63,409 nt of DNA, filler included, from Octopus bimaculoides (GCF_001194135.2; 7 parts of 6 records of this genome joined end to end with filler, not necessarily neighbours in it), one strand, 5' to 3'. Counted from the whole stretch's first letter, positions 1 to 12,453 are shown. A program made the numbers and translations. Notes: generated from the sequence alone by a model not told the origin.

Positions 1-59
<59 letters not shown>

Positions 60-68
60 GTATATATA
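1..68. repeat. (TA)n/(TATG)n microsatellite
   Basis: Direct reading of sequence. Confidence 0.95.
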
Positions 69-521
69 TTCTTTATTCTTACATCTGCTTCAGTTATTTG
101 ACTGCGACTATGCTGGGGCACCGACTTGAAGGGCTTTAATCAAACAAATCAGGATTTACTTTTTTTAAAGTCTAGTACTTACTCAATTGGTATTTTCAGC
201 TGAACAGCTAAGTTACAGGGACGTAAACAGAACAACAGCGGTTGTCAAGCAGTGATATGGAGGAAAACAGACACAAAGACGCGCGCGCACACATACACCC
301 GCGCGCACACAAACACACACGCACACATACACACACACATAAACACATACATATATTTATATATATATATATATATATACGACGGTCTTCTTTAAGATTA
401 TGTTTACCAAATCCACTCACAGGGCTTTGGGTGGTCCGAGGCTATTATAGTAGCCATTTGCCCAAGTTTTCACGCAGTGGCACTGAACCAGGAATCATGT
501 GGTTGAGAAGGAAGCTTCTTG

Positions 522-525
<4 letters not shown>
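69..525 (-). mobile_element. tRNA-type SINE family A, near full length
   Basis: Reverse complement matches other copies in the window (8744, 33440, 54642): head GTGGCAAGAAGCTT..GGTTCAGTGCCACTGCG, internal (TA)/(TG) tract, tail CCAGCATAGTCGCAGTC..GAATAAAG. Confidence 0.9.
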
Positions 526-563
<38 letters not shown>

Positions 564-599
564 NNNNNNNNNNATTGATTAATGCATATATGCATGGAT

Positions 600-1480
600 G
601 TATGTCATTGTTTACTTTTATTCCAAGATTTCTTGTCAATAAATTAAGAGCCGGTTTCTAACCTAGATCCAAGGCTCCTTCAATGGAATTTCAACATCAA
701 CCACAGGGTATTTTTGCTTGTAAGTATGTATGTATGTATGTTTGTTTGCATGTATATGTACAGATTTATTTGTTTTGTTTCATGTATGTATTCTCATGCA
801 TATAGTTGCCTATCTAGACATGCGCTCATATATTTAAATAAACTTCTGGAAAGTTTTACAGATTTTTACAGTTCCAGTGATGGATTGGACCTGTAGTCTG
901 TCTTCGAATTAGCTTTCTCCTTTCTGGTTTTAAGAAGCCTAATTTCTCAAGATTGGTACTTAGGCAGTATGTTACATATCCCAGAGCCCCAGTAATTGCA
1001 GGTATAAACCCGAACTTGTAATCAGGTTAGAGTAACTGCAGATTTCTCAATAGTTCAGTGTAGGTATTCTCTTTACTCACTGATCTTCAGCTTTATGTTA
1101 ACATTCGCTGGGCAGCTAATCTCCACAACTGCACACAGTTTCGCTTCTCAATCGCAAATCATTATATCAGGTCTGTTATGCTTACATTTTACTTCTCTTT
1201 ATTATGCGTGCTATGGCTTCTACGATACTGTGAGTTCTTATTTCTTTGTCCTCGAAGTTATTCTTCCGAATGATTTGATTATAGTGTGTCCTAGCTACAA
1301 CATTATGTCTCATTGGTAGATAATACCGTAGTGACATTTTCGGGCAATTGCTTATGATATGGGTGATATCTTCGCTGTAAACTCCACAAAATCTACATTG
1401 GTTGTCACATTTCACTGCTTTTCCTGCATCATTCTCTTCCCTTGAAAACATTTACTCTCTCAGTCTCTCGTCTAATAGTA
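600..1480 (-). mobile_element. R4/Dong-like RLE non-LTR retrotransposon, 3' end (CCHC knuckle, restriction-like endonuclease, 3' UTR)
   Basis: Translates with frameshifts to CRFCGVYSEDITHIISNCPKMSLRYYLPMRHNVVA (CCHC), NRPDIMICD..AVVEISCP (PD-D/E), then PDYKFGFIPAITGALGY..LQVQSITGTVKICKTF. 3' UTR is shared with 35115-35515. Confidence 0.85.
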
Positions 1481-1544
1481 ATTATTATCTTACTTCATAA
1501 ATAACTATAGGCAGCAGCCTTAGTTTCCAGTCAAAGAATCACGT

Positions 1545-1589
<45 letters not shown>

Positions 1590-1846
1590 GTATAGTTTGC
1601 TGTTCCATTAGAATCAACAAAAAATGTACACCATCTAGTGAGAGATGAATATCATTTGATATACACAGTGTTTATATGAGCCTCTAATAGTTTCTTCGAG
1701 CAAGATGGATTGCTTGGAAACAAGGCACGATATATAATTCTGCCGAATTATCATGTTTCCACAGCATGAAACTATTAGTAGCTCATATCAAAATACTGCG
1801 TATATTAATTGATACATAAATACACACACACACACACACACACACA

Positions 1847-1907
<61 letters not shown>

Positions 1908-2329
1908 TTCAGTATTTCTGCTGTCTACGAGACATGAAAAACTAGAAGTGTATAACTGGATTTTGAAAGAATCGCATGTTGCACTTACAATTGGTAACAT
2001 ATGCAGCTAAGACTCATGTAATTCATTGCTCAAAGGGATATGGAATCTAATGTAATATAGTATAAAATATTTGAAAACAGGAAGTCTAACATTGATATCA
2101 TAATACATCGATAAAATCTGTTCTTTTTTTTTCTTTCTGTGTTCTGTCTAGAACTTCCAAAGTTGTACTTTTGCTGACAACGTACTTTTTCAATTGCATG
2201 TATATGTATGTGCACATATTGTTTTCGGGCTAAATTTGACAGTTTGCATAAGAGGAAAAGAAAACGCAATATCCCATCCAAAGTAAACGTATTTTGAAAA
2301 ATATAAAAATATCAGTTAGATTATGGTTT

Positions 2330-2860
2330 GGAAATAACATTTTACTGAAAATAACCGCCTTCAAATTCTACCTCGGCCTTAAGACGGCTCCGGGATCTGA
2401 GAAGATTTTCGAATGCCTCCTCAATCTTGGGTTACCAGCTCGGTCTTCGTGTTTGCAGGTAGAGAGTTTGGCGTCTTTCTCAATCGCGCCACATACATAG
2501 TAATCCATGGAATTACAATCGAGGCAATTCGGACGCTAGAAATTGGGACGGTAAAGTTGTAGTAATTCTCTGACAACTATATCTGAGTCGATCCAAAGGT
2601 ATAACAAGGAGCCAATTCGTGTTGTCATTCATGTGGTCTTCTAGTACGAACACTCTCTAGCCAGGGTTTGACTACAGTCTCCAGCAGATTCACATTGCCG
2701 TCTGAATTGAGTTTAAGACCCAGTTCAAAGACGTGGGGGGACATGACATCACCCTCACTGGAGACACACCCAATGACCATCATAGTTTAGGGGAACTTGT
2801 CTGCAATCAATGTGATGAGACAGCAAATGGATTGTAGGACAACAGGCGACGAACGGAAAC
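2330..2860 (-). mobile_element. Tc1/mariner (maT-like) transposase relic, catalytic region
   Basis: TMMVIGCVSSEGDVMSPHVFELGLKLNSDGNVNLLETVVKPWLERV and, across frameshifts, PNF*RPNCLDCNSMDYYVCGAIEK (cf. WPPNSPDLNPLDY); stops and frameshifts present. Confidence 0.8.
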
Positions 2861-4179
2861 ATTGTCTAGATGTGGGTCGAAATGGTATTTATCTTGCACT
2901 TTTAGTGACACAAAAGCTGCGTCAGAAGAAATGACGAAGCGAAGAAACAACGCAAATGCATACCAGTTGGTTTAATTTACTGTTGAGTGAGTTTTGCTAA
3001 TCATATTGCGTTGGCTGTTGAGCGTACTGATGTGCGCCATTACTCTAGATGCGTCAGCACTTCTGATACAATGTGGGTCGAACTTGAAATTTATAGATTA
3101 AGCTAGATTAAATGGATTGTTTTTGTTGCTGTTGTTGTTTGGTCTCAGGTGATCTCTGATGAAGCGGACTTATACTTCAAGAACACCTTGCCGTGACCAA
3201 ATCGACTTTAGTTTTTCAGTTATATTTTTTCAGACAATGTAATTCTGAATAGGATGAATAAGAGATATTTGACTACAATTTCTACTAGATTGATAAAGCA
3301 ATTAGAAGCTGTCAACTTTTGTTGTTGCGGTAGTAGATTTACAATTGGTGAGATGTTATTAAGGCGGTGAGAATAGTATTAGTGGTGCTAATGACAGAGA
3401 TTGTAAAGGTGATAACAATTATGTTTGCGGCTACGATATGGCAGAGAGAGAGAGAGACTTTCACCATAATAGTAGTGATGATTTCAAATTTCGGCACAAT
3501 GCCAGCAACGGGGGTGGGGCAGAGGCGTAAGTCGATGACATCAACCCGTGTTCAACTCATACTTACTTTACTGACCCCGAAAGAAGGAAAGGGCAATGTC
3601 GACCTCACTGTCAGTAAATATTAAAGTTGCATTACTGCCAGTGGCAGAATTCTTGTCGTTTAGCCCCAAGTCAGCAATATGACAGCCATAGCCATCGGGA
3701 ACATTATACACTATTACCCAACCTTTGCAAGATATTTCAGCTTAATTTGAGCGAAGTAATATTGCTCTTTCTAGCAGATTAATTAGCCATGTAGAGGCTC
3801 TCTCTCAGGTCAGTGATTATATTGGTGGTAACGCTAATAATGGTAATTATGGTCACTTCCATAGCGGCGCTAGTAGTGTTATCTTTAGGCCCAATAGCAG
3901 ATACGTAGCTTAATGGTTAGGGTTTCAGGTTCACTATTATGATGTCATTTCTAGACTGAGCGGCATGCTATGTTCTTGAACAATGCACTTCATCAGACGT
4001 CGCAATTTATTCATATGAAAATTCGTTGTAGCCCTGTAAAGACACCGTTCTCTCTCCCTATAGCTGGTACATTCTCTACGTTCCACTGAGTCAAGGACAG
4101 AAGAGCTGAGATGTTGTTTATGTCTTCTCACAACTACACGAGCACCGAAAACTATTAACGGAAAGAAGAGTTAATGCTG

Positions 4180-5135
4180 CCAAGTCAAACTCGCATACGA
4201 ATGATGGTCGATGGTTTTATAGGATCGGTTTCAGTATTGGCGGCCTTGTAGTCATTTTGATGATGGTGACGGCGGTGGCAGTGGTGTTGGCAATGATGTT
4301 GATGGTGTAGTTGTTCTAGGCGCTGTTGGTGTTGATGTTGATGGTGTAGTTGTTCTAGGCTCTGTTGGTAGTAATGCTTCTGTTGTTCTTGTTGATACCA
4401 CTGGCTCACTCGGTTCGAACAAACCTGCGTCCAAATACATTCAAGTCACGAGCATCCATTTTATATCGTCCAAGTATATCTTGGATTACATTATCTAATG
4501 TTTTCTTCTCTTATTTTATAATTTGAAGTATGATTTCAGGGAGATTTTAGCCGCGGCTTCTAACTGATCAATCGACCATGTGGAGGCTCACTCGTAGGGT
4601 TATAATGTTGGTATTGGTGCAGTTCGTGTTGATGCTAGCGTTGGATATTATCATTGTGGTTGTTAGTATAGATAATGTCAGTGACGCAGTTATTATTTTT
4701 CATGGTGGTTGTAGTAATGGTGGTGGTAGTGTTGGTGGTAGTGCTGGTGGTGCTGGTGGTGTTGCTGGTGTTAGTAATGGTAGTGGTGGTGGTGGTAATC
4801 CTTGTGTGATGGTAGTTGTGGCAGTGGAAGTGGTGATGGTGGTGGTGGTGGTGGTGGTGGTAATCGTGGTGTGATGGTAGTTGTGATGGTGGTGGTAGTA
4901 GTGGTGGCAGTGGTAATGGTAGTAATGGTAATGGTAGTGGTAACGGTAGTGTGAAAGTAGCCGTGGTGCTGATGGTAATGGTAATGGTGGTGGTGGTGGT
5001 AGTAGTGGTGGTACTGGTGGTGGCGGTGGTGGTGGTTATACAGCAGAAGCAACACCAACATCTTCAGCATCATAACCACCATCATGAACAATAGCACCAG
5101 CAGCAAAAGCAGTAGCACCACCACCACCATTACCA
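4180..5135. repeat. Compound trinucleotide low-complexity island (GGT/AGT/GAT/CAC) with a two-copy ~39-bp repeat near 4295-4370
   Basis: Direct reading; accounts for the poly-V/H/T ORFs. Confidence 0.85.
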
Positions 5136-5152
5136 TCACCACCAGAAATATT

Positions 5153-5367
5153 CTTTTCTACTTTAGGCACAAGGCCCGAAATTTTGGGGGAGGGAGCCAG
5201 TCGATTAGATTGACCACAGTACGAAACTAGTGCTTAATTTAACGACTCCGAAAGGGTAAAAGGCAAAGTCGACCTCGGCGGAATTTGAACTCAGAACGTA
5301 AAGACAGACGAAATATCGCTAAGCATTTCGCCCGGCGTGCTAACGTCTCTGCCAGCTCGACGCCTTC
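5153..5367 (-). mobile_element. SINE family B, full-length young copy with 16-bp TSD
   Basis: TSD CACCACCAGAAATATT at 5137-5152 and 5368-5383. Head AAGGCGTCGAGCTGGCAGAG; B-box-like GTTCTGAGTTCAAATTCCGCC. Confidence 0.92.
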
Positions 5368-5959
5368 CACCACCAGAAATATTATGATATAACGTTATAT
5401 ACAAGAGAAACAAACAAGGCTCAAAGATAAGAAGAAGATCACCAGGTGTAAATGGATGTATTAACCTTCACCTCAGTACATAGCTTTTTCCGTTATCCAA
5501 ATGGTTTCCTTTACTCAATACCATCGATGCTAAGCCGACATCATTAACGAAATCCAACATGAAAATGGAGATCTTAGTAGAGTTTTAGAAGGCTTAACAC
5601 TTCTCATAAATTGCTTTTAACGAAAGCCAACAAACCAGCAAAACACCATCGGGCGGTTAGCTGAGCCATCTGCTCTATATAGATGAGACTTGCTAATCTA
5701 AATTAAGCGCCGAAACTGCGAAGACAAAGAGGGGAAAATTGAGATAAACTTCGTAGAAAATGACACGATGGCGATGTGTATGATAGAGGCTTGGCTCCAG
5801 TAACAGTCTTGTTTGGTCTATCTCAACACTTCAGACATTGCATTTTTTATTTTTTCATTTGTTTGTTTGTTGTGTGTTTGTTTCTTTCTTTGTTTGCTTT
5901 TGCATTGTTTCGTAGAGAGAGATACGATTTCTAGCCTTTTCGTTTCACCACAGACACAG

Positions 5960-5960
5960 G

Positions 5961-5993
<33 letters not shown>

Positions 5994-5997
5994 CCAC

Positions 5998-6050
<53 letters not shown>

Positions 6051-6320
6051 CCATCAGCAGCAGCAGCAGCAGCTGTAACAGCACTACCACCACCACTACC
6101 GCCACCACCCTACCAGCATCATCACCACTATCATCACTACCACCATCACCACCACCACCATCACCACCACTATCACCACCACCCCTTGATGATAGTGGTG
6201 GTGATGCTGATGGGTGGATGATGGGAACGATAACGGTGATGATGATGAGTAGGAAGAGGACGACGACGACGACGAGGAGAAGGAGGAGGAGGAGAAGGAG
6301 AAAAAGGATAACGATGATAG
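5960..6320. repeat. Compound trinucleotide island (CAT/CAC/CAG, then GAT/GAC/GAG)
   Basis: Direct reading. Confidence 0.9.
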
Positions 6321-6407
6321 AATTTGGGGGCCTGAAAATATTGCAGTCTCTGCCAGTGATGTGGGTCTCAGAATTATTGTAAATTATCATCCTTAAATTG
6401 CTTTTTA

Positions 6408-6538
6408 AGGCAGCGAGCTGGCAGAATCGTGAGCACGCCGGGCACACTGCTTATCGGCATATCGTCCGTCTTTATGTTGTGTTCAAATCCCGCCGAGGTT
6501 GACTTTGCCTTTCATCCTTTCGGGGTTGATAAAATGAG
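6408..6538 (+). mobile_element. SINE family B, 3'-truncated
   Basis: AAGGCAGCGAGCTGGCAGAATC..GTTCAAATCCCGCCGAGGTTGACTTTGCC. Confidence 0.85.
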
Positions 6539-6716
6539 TAGCGGCTGTAGATTTACAATTGGTGAGATGCTATTAAGGCGGAGAGGATAGTATTAGTGGT
6601 GCTAAAGACAGAGATTGTAAACTGCTAGGATATGTGCTAAACTTCGAAACCGTAATTATTATCTATCGTTAACTTGAACTGATCTGAGAAAAATCATTGA
6701 TAATATCTGTTACTAT

Positions 6717-6930
6717 AAAGGCGGTGAGCTAGCAGAATCGTTAGCATACTGGGTAAAACGGTTAGTAGCATTTTGTCTATCCTTACGATCTGAGATCAAA
6801 TTCCCCCAAGGTCGACTTTGCCTTTCCTTCTTTCGGTGTCGATAAAATAAGTACCAGTTGACACTGGGGTCGATGTAATAGACTTAATCCTTCCACCGAA
6901 ATTGCTAGCCTTGTGCCAAAATTTGAAATT
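6717..6930 (+). mobile_element. SINE family B
   Basis: Head AAGGCGGTGAGCTAGCAGAATCG; tail TTGTGCCAAAATTTGAAA. Confidence 0.85.
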
Positions 6931-7329
6931 GATATCTATTACTATTAGAATCGGTGGAGTGGTGCACAAAACGTCTGCGGCTCTTTTTCCCACCAATTTT
7001 ACGTTCTGAGTTCAAATCTTAACAAGCTTAAGTTTTTTTTCCTGAGGTCAATAAAATATATTATCAATCAAGTACTGGAGTCGACTGAATATGCTCACAA
7101 AGCCACAAAACTGTGAATATAAATATAATTGATACTAGTATCAAGTGAAAACATTATTTTCTTTAGCACCATATCAACCGTAATACGATGCATCTATATA
7201 TTCTCCAAGGGGGATGTGACAAGCACGTGGCATTGTTGCTATAGTACTGGGCTCATTACTGTAGAAATCGTGGTCACGATCCGGCAGCACTAAAATTCTT
7301 TCTTTTTCATTTTTTTTTTTTAAGCAAAA

Positions 7330-7830
7330 CCCTTCATTTCACTTTCTTCTGTAACTAACGCAGCCAATTATTGGGATGTCACTCTAGACGCTTTTTCAGC
7401 CAACCATCGCGACTGGTCTTTGTCCTCTGTCATGCGTGGCAGGTTTGCAGTGTTTTGACCTGTCCAGTCCTCGATGCTGTTAAACTAGGATTTTCTCCGT
7501 CTGCTTCTCATTCGCCCTTCCTGAACTGCGCCTTTAAGAATTGTTTTGGACACATAGTTGTGATAAGATACGAGACCGTACCATGCAAGCTTTCGTTTTC
7601 TCTCTTTTTGGATCCAGTTTGCGAGTGTATCTGTTTTACTTGGTGTCTGACGAAACAATTTGCTTTGTGCTTTGTGTACGGGATGAGTATCAGTCTTCTG
7701 AAGCACTAGTGCCCAAATGCCTGAATTTTTTTTTTTTTTTTGCTCTGTGTCAGCTGTACACCCAGTACAACAAGCTGAAATGAGTATCAAATGTAGCAGG
7801 GAGATTAACTCAGTAATGGATTGATCCCTG
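7330..7830 (-). mobile_element. RTE-clade LINE, 3' end of RT ORF (degenerate)
   Basis: RKLAWYGLVSYHNYVSKTILKGAVQEGRMRSRRRKS (cf. RKLxWxGHVxR..KTILQG.V.G.R.RGR), preceded by C.RRLILIPYTKHKAN..VR. Confidence 0.75.
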
Positions 7831-8124
7831 TTTAGGTGTGTGCATTCAGCTACCGGACGCTAACATGCGATTGAAACTGAAATAATCTCTGGTTTAATGA
7901 GCCTGTAGACTTGTGACAGGAGATCACTTGGCGAAGGCGTAACACAGGATTACCTCGAGAGAAGATGGCTGGAGATTAAACAACAAAAAACAATGTCGAC
8001 AGCAGAAAAACCACGAAAATAAACTTCCCATTTGACCAAAATCTAAGAATTGGCGTCAGAGAATGGGTCTTGATTGTTGTTTTTGCAGAGGAAGTTACGA
8101 TCAGGTGATGATGAAAACAGTTAC

Positions 8125-8174
8125 TATAGTACTGATGATGGCGATGATGAGGAGGAAGAAGAAGGGGACAACGA

Positions 8175-8219
<45 letters not shown>

Positions 8220-8335
8220 TGATGATGATGATGATGATGACGAAGATGAAGATGATGATGACGGTGATGATGGTGGTGGTTGTGAAGGTGGTGATGGTAG
8301 CAGCAGTAGTATACTACTACTACTACTACTACTAG
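8125..8335. repeat. Compound trinucleotide island (GAT/GAC/GGT/TAC)
   Basis: Direct reading; the poly-D ORF 8074-8400 derives from it. Confidence 0.9.
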
Positions 8336-8743
8336 TGTTCCTATTGTATCTTGTTATCCCAACGTCTGACATATTCGCTACTGCTGACAGAGAAGTTTAA
8401 TAGTCTGTTGTACTCTAAGATTTGACAAATACTTTTATGTATAATCTAATGGATGTTCTTTGTATATGGTGTTATTGTTGTTATTATTGCTTCCGGTTCT
8501 GATCGGGGTAGGGAAATTTCTGCTGTTATTGTTTCTTGTATACCCATCTCCCTAATTTTAATGTCTATTGTTCATTGTGTGTTGTTTAAGATATAGGGGT
8601 GGTTCGAGAAACACAGCCAATTGCTGCAGAAAATTGTTTAAACAGTTTTAATAAAGAGTTTAGCTCTGTTAATAAGTTAGTTAAGAAAAAAAAACAATAT
8701 ACGTGTTTGTACGTATGAATATTGTGTATGTATTATATATACA

Positions 8744-9230
8744 GGCGCAGGAGAGGCTGTGTGGTAAGAAGCTTGCTTACCAACCACATGGTTCCGGGTT
8801 CAGTTCCACTGCGCGGCACATTGGGGCAGGTGATTTCTACAATACCCTCGAGCCGACCAAAGCCTTGTGAGTGGAATTGGTAGAAGGAGACTGAAAAAAG
8901 CCCGTCGTATATATATATATATGTTTGTGTATTTGTGATTGTTCCCCCCCCCATCATCGCTTGACAACCGATATTGGCGTGTTTACGTCCCCGTGACGTA
9001 GCGGTTCGGTTTCGGGGTCGATAAAATAAGTACCANNNNNNNNNNTGTGTATTTGTGATTGTTCCCCCCCCCATCATCGCTTGACAACCGATATTGGCGT
9101 GTTTACGTCCCCGTGACGTAGCGGTTCGGTTCGGGGTCGATAAAATAAGTACCAGTTGAACACGGATGTCGTGGTAATCGTCTCATCCCCACCTCCCCCA
9201 AGCTGCCCTTGAGGCAAAAATTTGAAATCA
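8744..9230 (+). mobile_element. SINE family A 5' part joined to SINE family B 3' part; about 100 bp duplicated across a 10-N gap
   Basis: Family A head GGCGCAGGAGAGGCTGTGTGGTAAG; switches after GCGGTTCGGT to family B TTCGGGGTCGATAAAATAAGTACCAG. Confidence 0.8.
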
Positions 9231-9921
9231 TTATTATTATTATTATTATTATTAGTAGTAGTAGTAGTAGTAGTAGTAAGTTGTTATTGTTATTGATGTT
9301 GTTGTTGTTGTAGTGTCTCCTTTCACCGTTGTTGTTAGAGTTGTTGCTTTTTTGTTCTATGGCAGCTGTTACAGTCGTTGCAGTTTCTCAATCTATAAGT
9401 GAGTTGGCACTAAAGAGGTGTGAAACTATTATTTAATACAGCAATAGCTTCGTACCGATTTACGAATGCAGTATCAGCTAACTTCTGTGATGAAATATTA
9501 ATAGTTTGCAGATCACAGTGCGCAGTAAATCAGCTGCTCTTCATTTTTTTTACAAGAACTTATTTTTGTTTATGAAATATTCACTTGCTATTTTCCTGAT
9601 TGCAATAGTTCTCCACGAGAAAGACAAACATATGTTCATTTTTTTTTTATTTTGTTTATTTATTCATCTATTCAGATGGAGGGAGGAAGAGAAACGTGGG
9701 GAGAAGGCTAAGTGGAGTGCAAGAGTATAGCAAATGCAGAAACAAATGGTTATTCTATTGCAATGTAGAAATTTTAGAAAGACATCCAAGTCGGAAGTAT
9801 TGTTTTATTAACTCGAAATAAAGTTTTCGCTTCTACGTATACATACCTATATACCGCTATCTATCTATCTATCTATCNNNNNNNNNNNNNNNNNNNNNNN
9901 NNNNNNNNNNNNNNNNNNNNN

Positions 9922-9933
9922 TTAATTAATTAA
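9922..9933. other. Assembly gap spacer TTAATTAATTAA inside a 100-bp N block (also 29422, 35768, 56966, 60349, 62322)
   Basis: Identical 12-mer centred between 44-N runs six times; gives stop codons in all six frames. Confidence 0.95.
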
Positions 9934-10519
9934 NNNNNNNNNNNNNNNNNNNNNNNNNNNNNNNNNNNNNNNNNNNNGGGGGGGGGGGTGATGTAAGCCA
10001 CTAGCTCCTTTCCACCAAAATTTCAGGCGATGTACCTACAGTATAAATGATTGTTCTTATTACTATGAGATGTTCACAGCATACAATATTGTGATGTCGT
10101 AGATTGAAGTTACTGCGTGCACCGGGAATTTGTGCTGTCTGTCAAATCAAAACAAGGATCTGAGATAGCACTTTTGGCAGTATGCGCGCAGTTTTAAGTA
10201 AAGCCGATATTTCCAATACACCAAGCGTGTAGGGTATTTTTAAAGTGTCCAGATGTTTCTTTAGTGTGGATAGTACTGAACGTAATTATTAGACGCTTGC
10301 TTGTCACTTTTAAAAGCAACTATATCCCGTCTTCAGTGCTCTAATATATTGTTTGTCTGGAAGTCAAAGTCCCTGAAAATCTTAGCCTTTCCGTTTTCTT
10401 CCATTAACTTTTCCACTTATTTCTCCTAATAGCATTTTTGATTTCGTTCATGCATATTTTTTCCGATTTTGTCGGCTACACAGTAGAGTCAGTTGGACAC
10501 CTGTGAGACAAACAGCACC

Positions 10520-11278
10520 ATGACGCAATTTACTCTGCCAGAAATTTGGAAATGACATGGTGTACTCCTTGGCATTCGCGCCGGAAGCTCCAATACAGAC
10601 ATTTCAGAGTGTTTGTGTGTCAATCTGAGGACAGAGCAATCTGAGGACATGTATCGAGAGTGATAAAACCAAACATCCTGTCAACATCATGGTGTTTGGA
10701 GTGATCACTAGTGATGGCAACATTATGTCGCCATTCATCCTCTCACACGGCCTGAGACTCAACACAGAGGCCTACATCAATTACCCGGAAGAGGCAGTGC
10801 TGCCCTAGGTCAAGAGGCTGGCTGCTGGAACATCCTATGTCTGACAACATGACTCTGCAGCATGCCACACAAGCAAGAGAACCCAGTCATGGCTGCCAGA
10901 CAATTTCTGCGACTACATCACCCCTAACATCTGGCCACCTAACTACCCATACTGCAGACCACGTGATTATTATGTATGGGGTGCAGTTGAGCGAGAGACC
11001 AACAAAATTCTTTGTAACATCAAAGATGAACTAAAAGCGAGGATTATGGCAGCATTCACCAACTTAAACAAGGAGGCCGTCCGAAAAGGTTGCAGGAAAT
11101 TCCGAAGTCGTCTGGAGGCGATGCTTGAAGGCAATGGCGATTTTATTGAATACACTTACTCTTTAGTATTTCAAGATATTTTAATGTAATTTTGCTAAAT
11201 ATTTCTGTCAAAATAAGATGTCAGTGTTATTTTCACTTCTGCGTAATTTAGACAAAAGTTTATTCAACGCAGCCTGTA
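10520..11278 (+). mobile_element. Tc1/mariner (maT-like) element, internally deleted, with 3' TIR-like end
   Basis: KTKHPVNIMVFGVITSDGNIMSPF..LRLNTEAY..YV*QHDSAACHTSKRTQSWL..WPPNYPYCRPRDYYVWGAVERETN..FRSRLEAMLEGNGDFIE. Ends ..CAGCCTGTA. Confidence 0.85.
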
Positions 11279-11736
11279 CACACACACACATTTTCTATTA
11301 TTATCAGAAAATAGATATTTTCTCGTGTTAAAAATTTCCAGACAAAATACTATATTCTTCTGATAATTTTATCATTTTTGTATATGTTCCAATTTTTGTT
11401 TTGTCTTTTTTAGAGTATGTTTTTGTTTGTTATGCTAAAAATATATTCTAAGCTTGTAGCTGAAAAACTTATTGAACAAGGTAATAACAGCAAAAACAAT
11501 AACCAATAATAATAGTATTTTCTGGTATTGCTACAGGGTTCTAGGATTCAGCAGAGAAATGTGTAATCAATTTAATAGACTCCAGTACTTCACTGATATT
11601 TAATTTATCTAACGCTAGAGAATATTAGAATTTCCGTTCAGAGCGTAAAAGTAAGTAATAAAATACAGCAAGTTTAACCTTTTTGAGTTTTCTTTTTATT
11701 AAGTTAAAATAATAATGATTATTATTGCTATTTCAC

Positions 11737-12374
11737 ATGTTGGCACAATGCCAGCAATTTCGAGAGAAGGGTTGAGTTGATTACATCGAACCCCGTACTC
11801 TACTGGTACTTATTTTATCGATCTCGAAAGGAGGACAAAGTTGGCCTCGGTGGAATTTGAACTCAGAACGTAAAGTTGGACGAAATGTCGATAAGCATTT
11901 CGCCATCGTAATTATAATGATCATAATAATAATCCTTTCTACTATAGGTAGAAGGTCTGAAAATTTGAGGGAAGGGACAAGTCGATTACATCGATCTCAA
12001 TGTTTAACTAGTGCTTATTTTATCGACCTCGAAAGGATAAAAGGCAAAGTTGATCTCGGCGGAATTTGAACTCAGAACGTAGCGACGGGCGAAATGCCGC
12101 TAAGCATTTCGCCCGGCGTGCTAACGTTTCTGCCAGCTCGCCACTTTGATGATCATAATAATAAAGGCTTCAAATTTTGGCAAAAGGCCAGCAAGTTCGG
12201 GGGAGGGAGTAAGTCGATTACTTCGACCTCAGAGCTCAACTGGTACTATTTTATCATCGAGCCCGAAAGATTAAATGCAGAGTCGACATGGATGGAATTT
12301 GAATTCAGAACGTGAAGTCGGATGAAATACTGCTAAAAGTTTTGTCCAGCGTTCTAACAATTCTGCCACTTCGC
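11737..12374 (-). mobile_element. Three head-to-tail SINE family B copies separated by short (AAT)-rich spacers
   Basis: Three repeats of GGAATTTGAA(C/T)TCAGAACGT with family B tails. Confidence 0.9.

Positions 12375-12453
<79 letters not shown>

Noticed and set aside
4252-4440. Mucin-like PTS ORF on the minus strand
   Set aside because: Arises from a two-copy ~39-bp repeat in a low-complexity island; no supporting exon structure.
8074-8400. Poly-Asp acidic ORF and similar poly-I/L/S/R/H/V ORFs (4578, 5813, 16311, 30806)
   Set aside because: Pure trinucleotide microsatellite translations with no splice context or domain.
8935-9150. 100-bp tandem duplication
   Set aside because: Near-identical copies on either side of a 10-N gap; an unmerged contig overlap.
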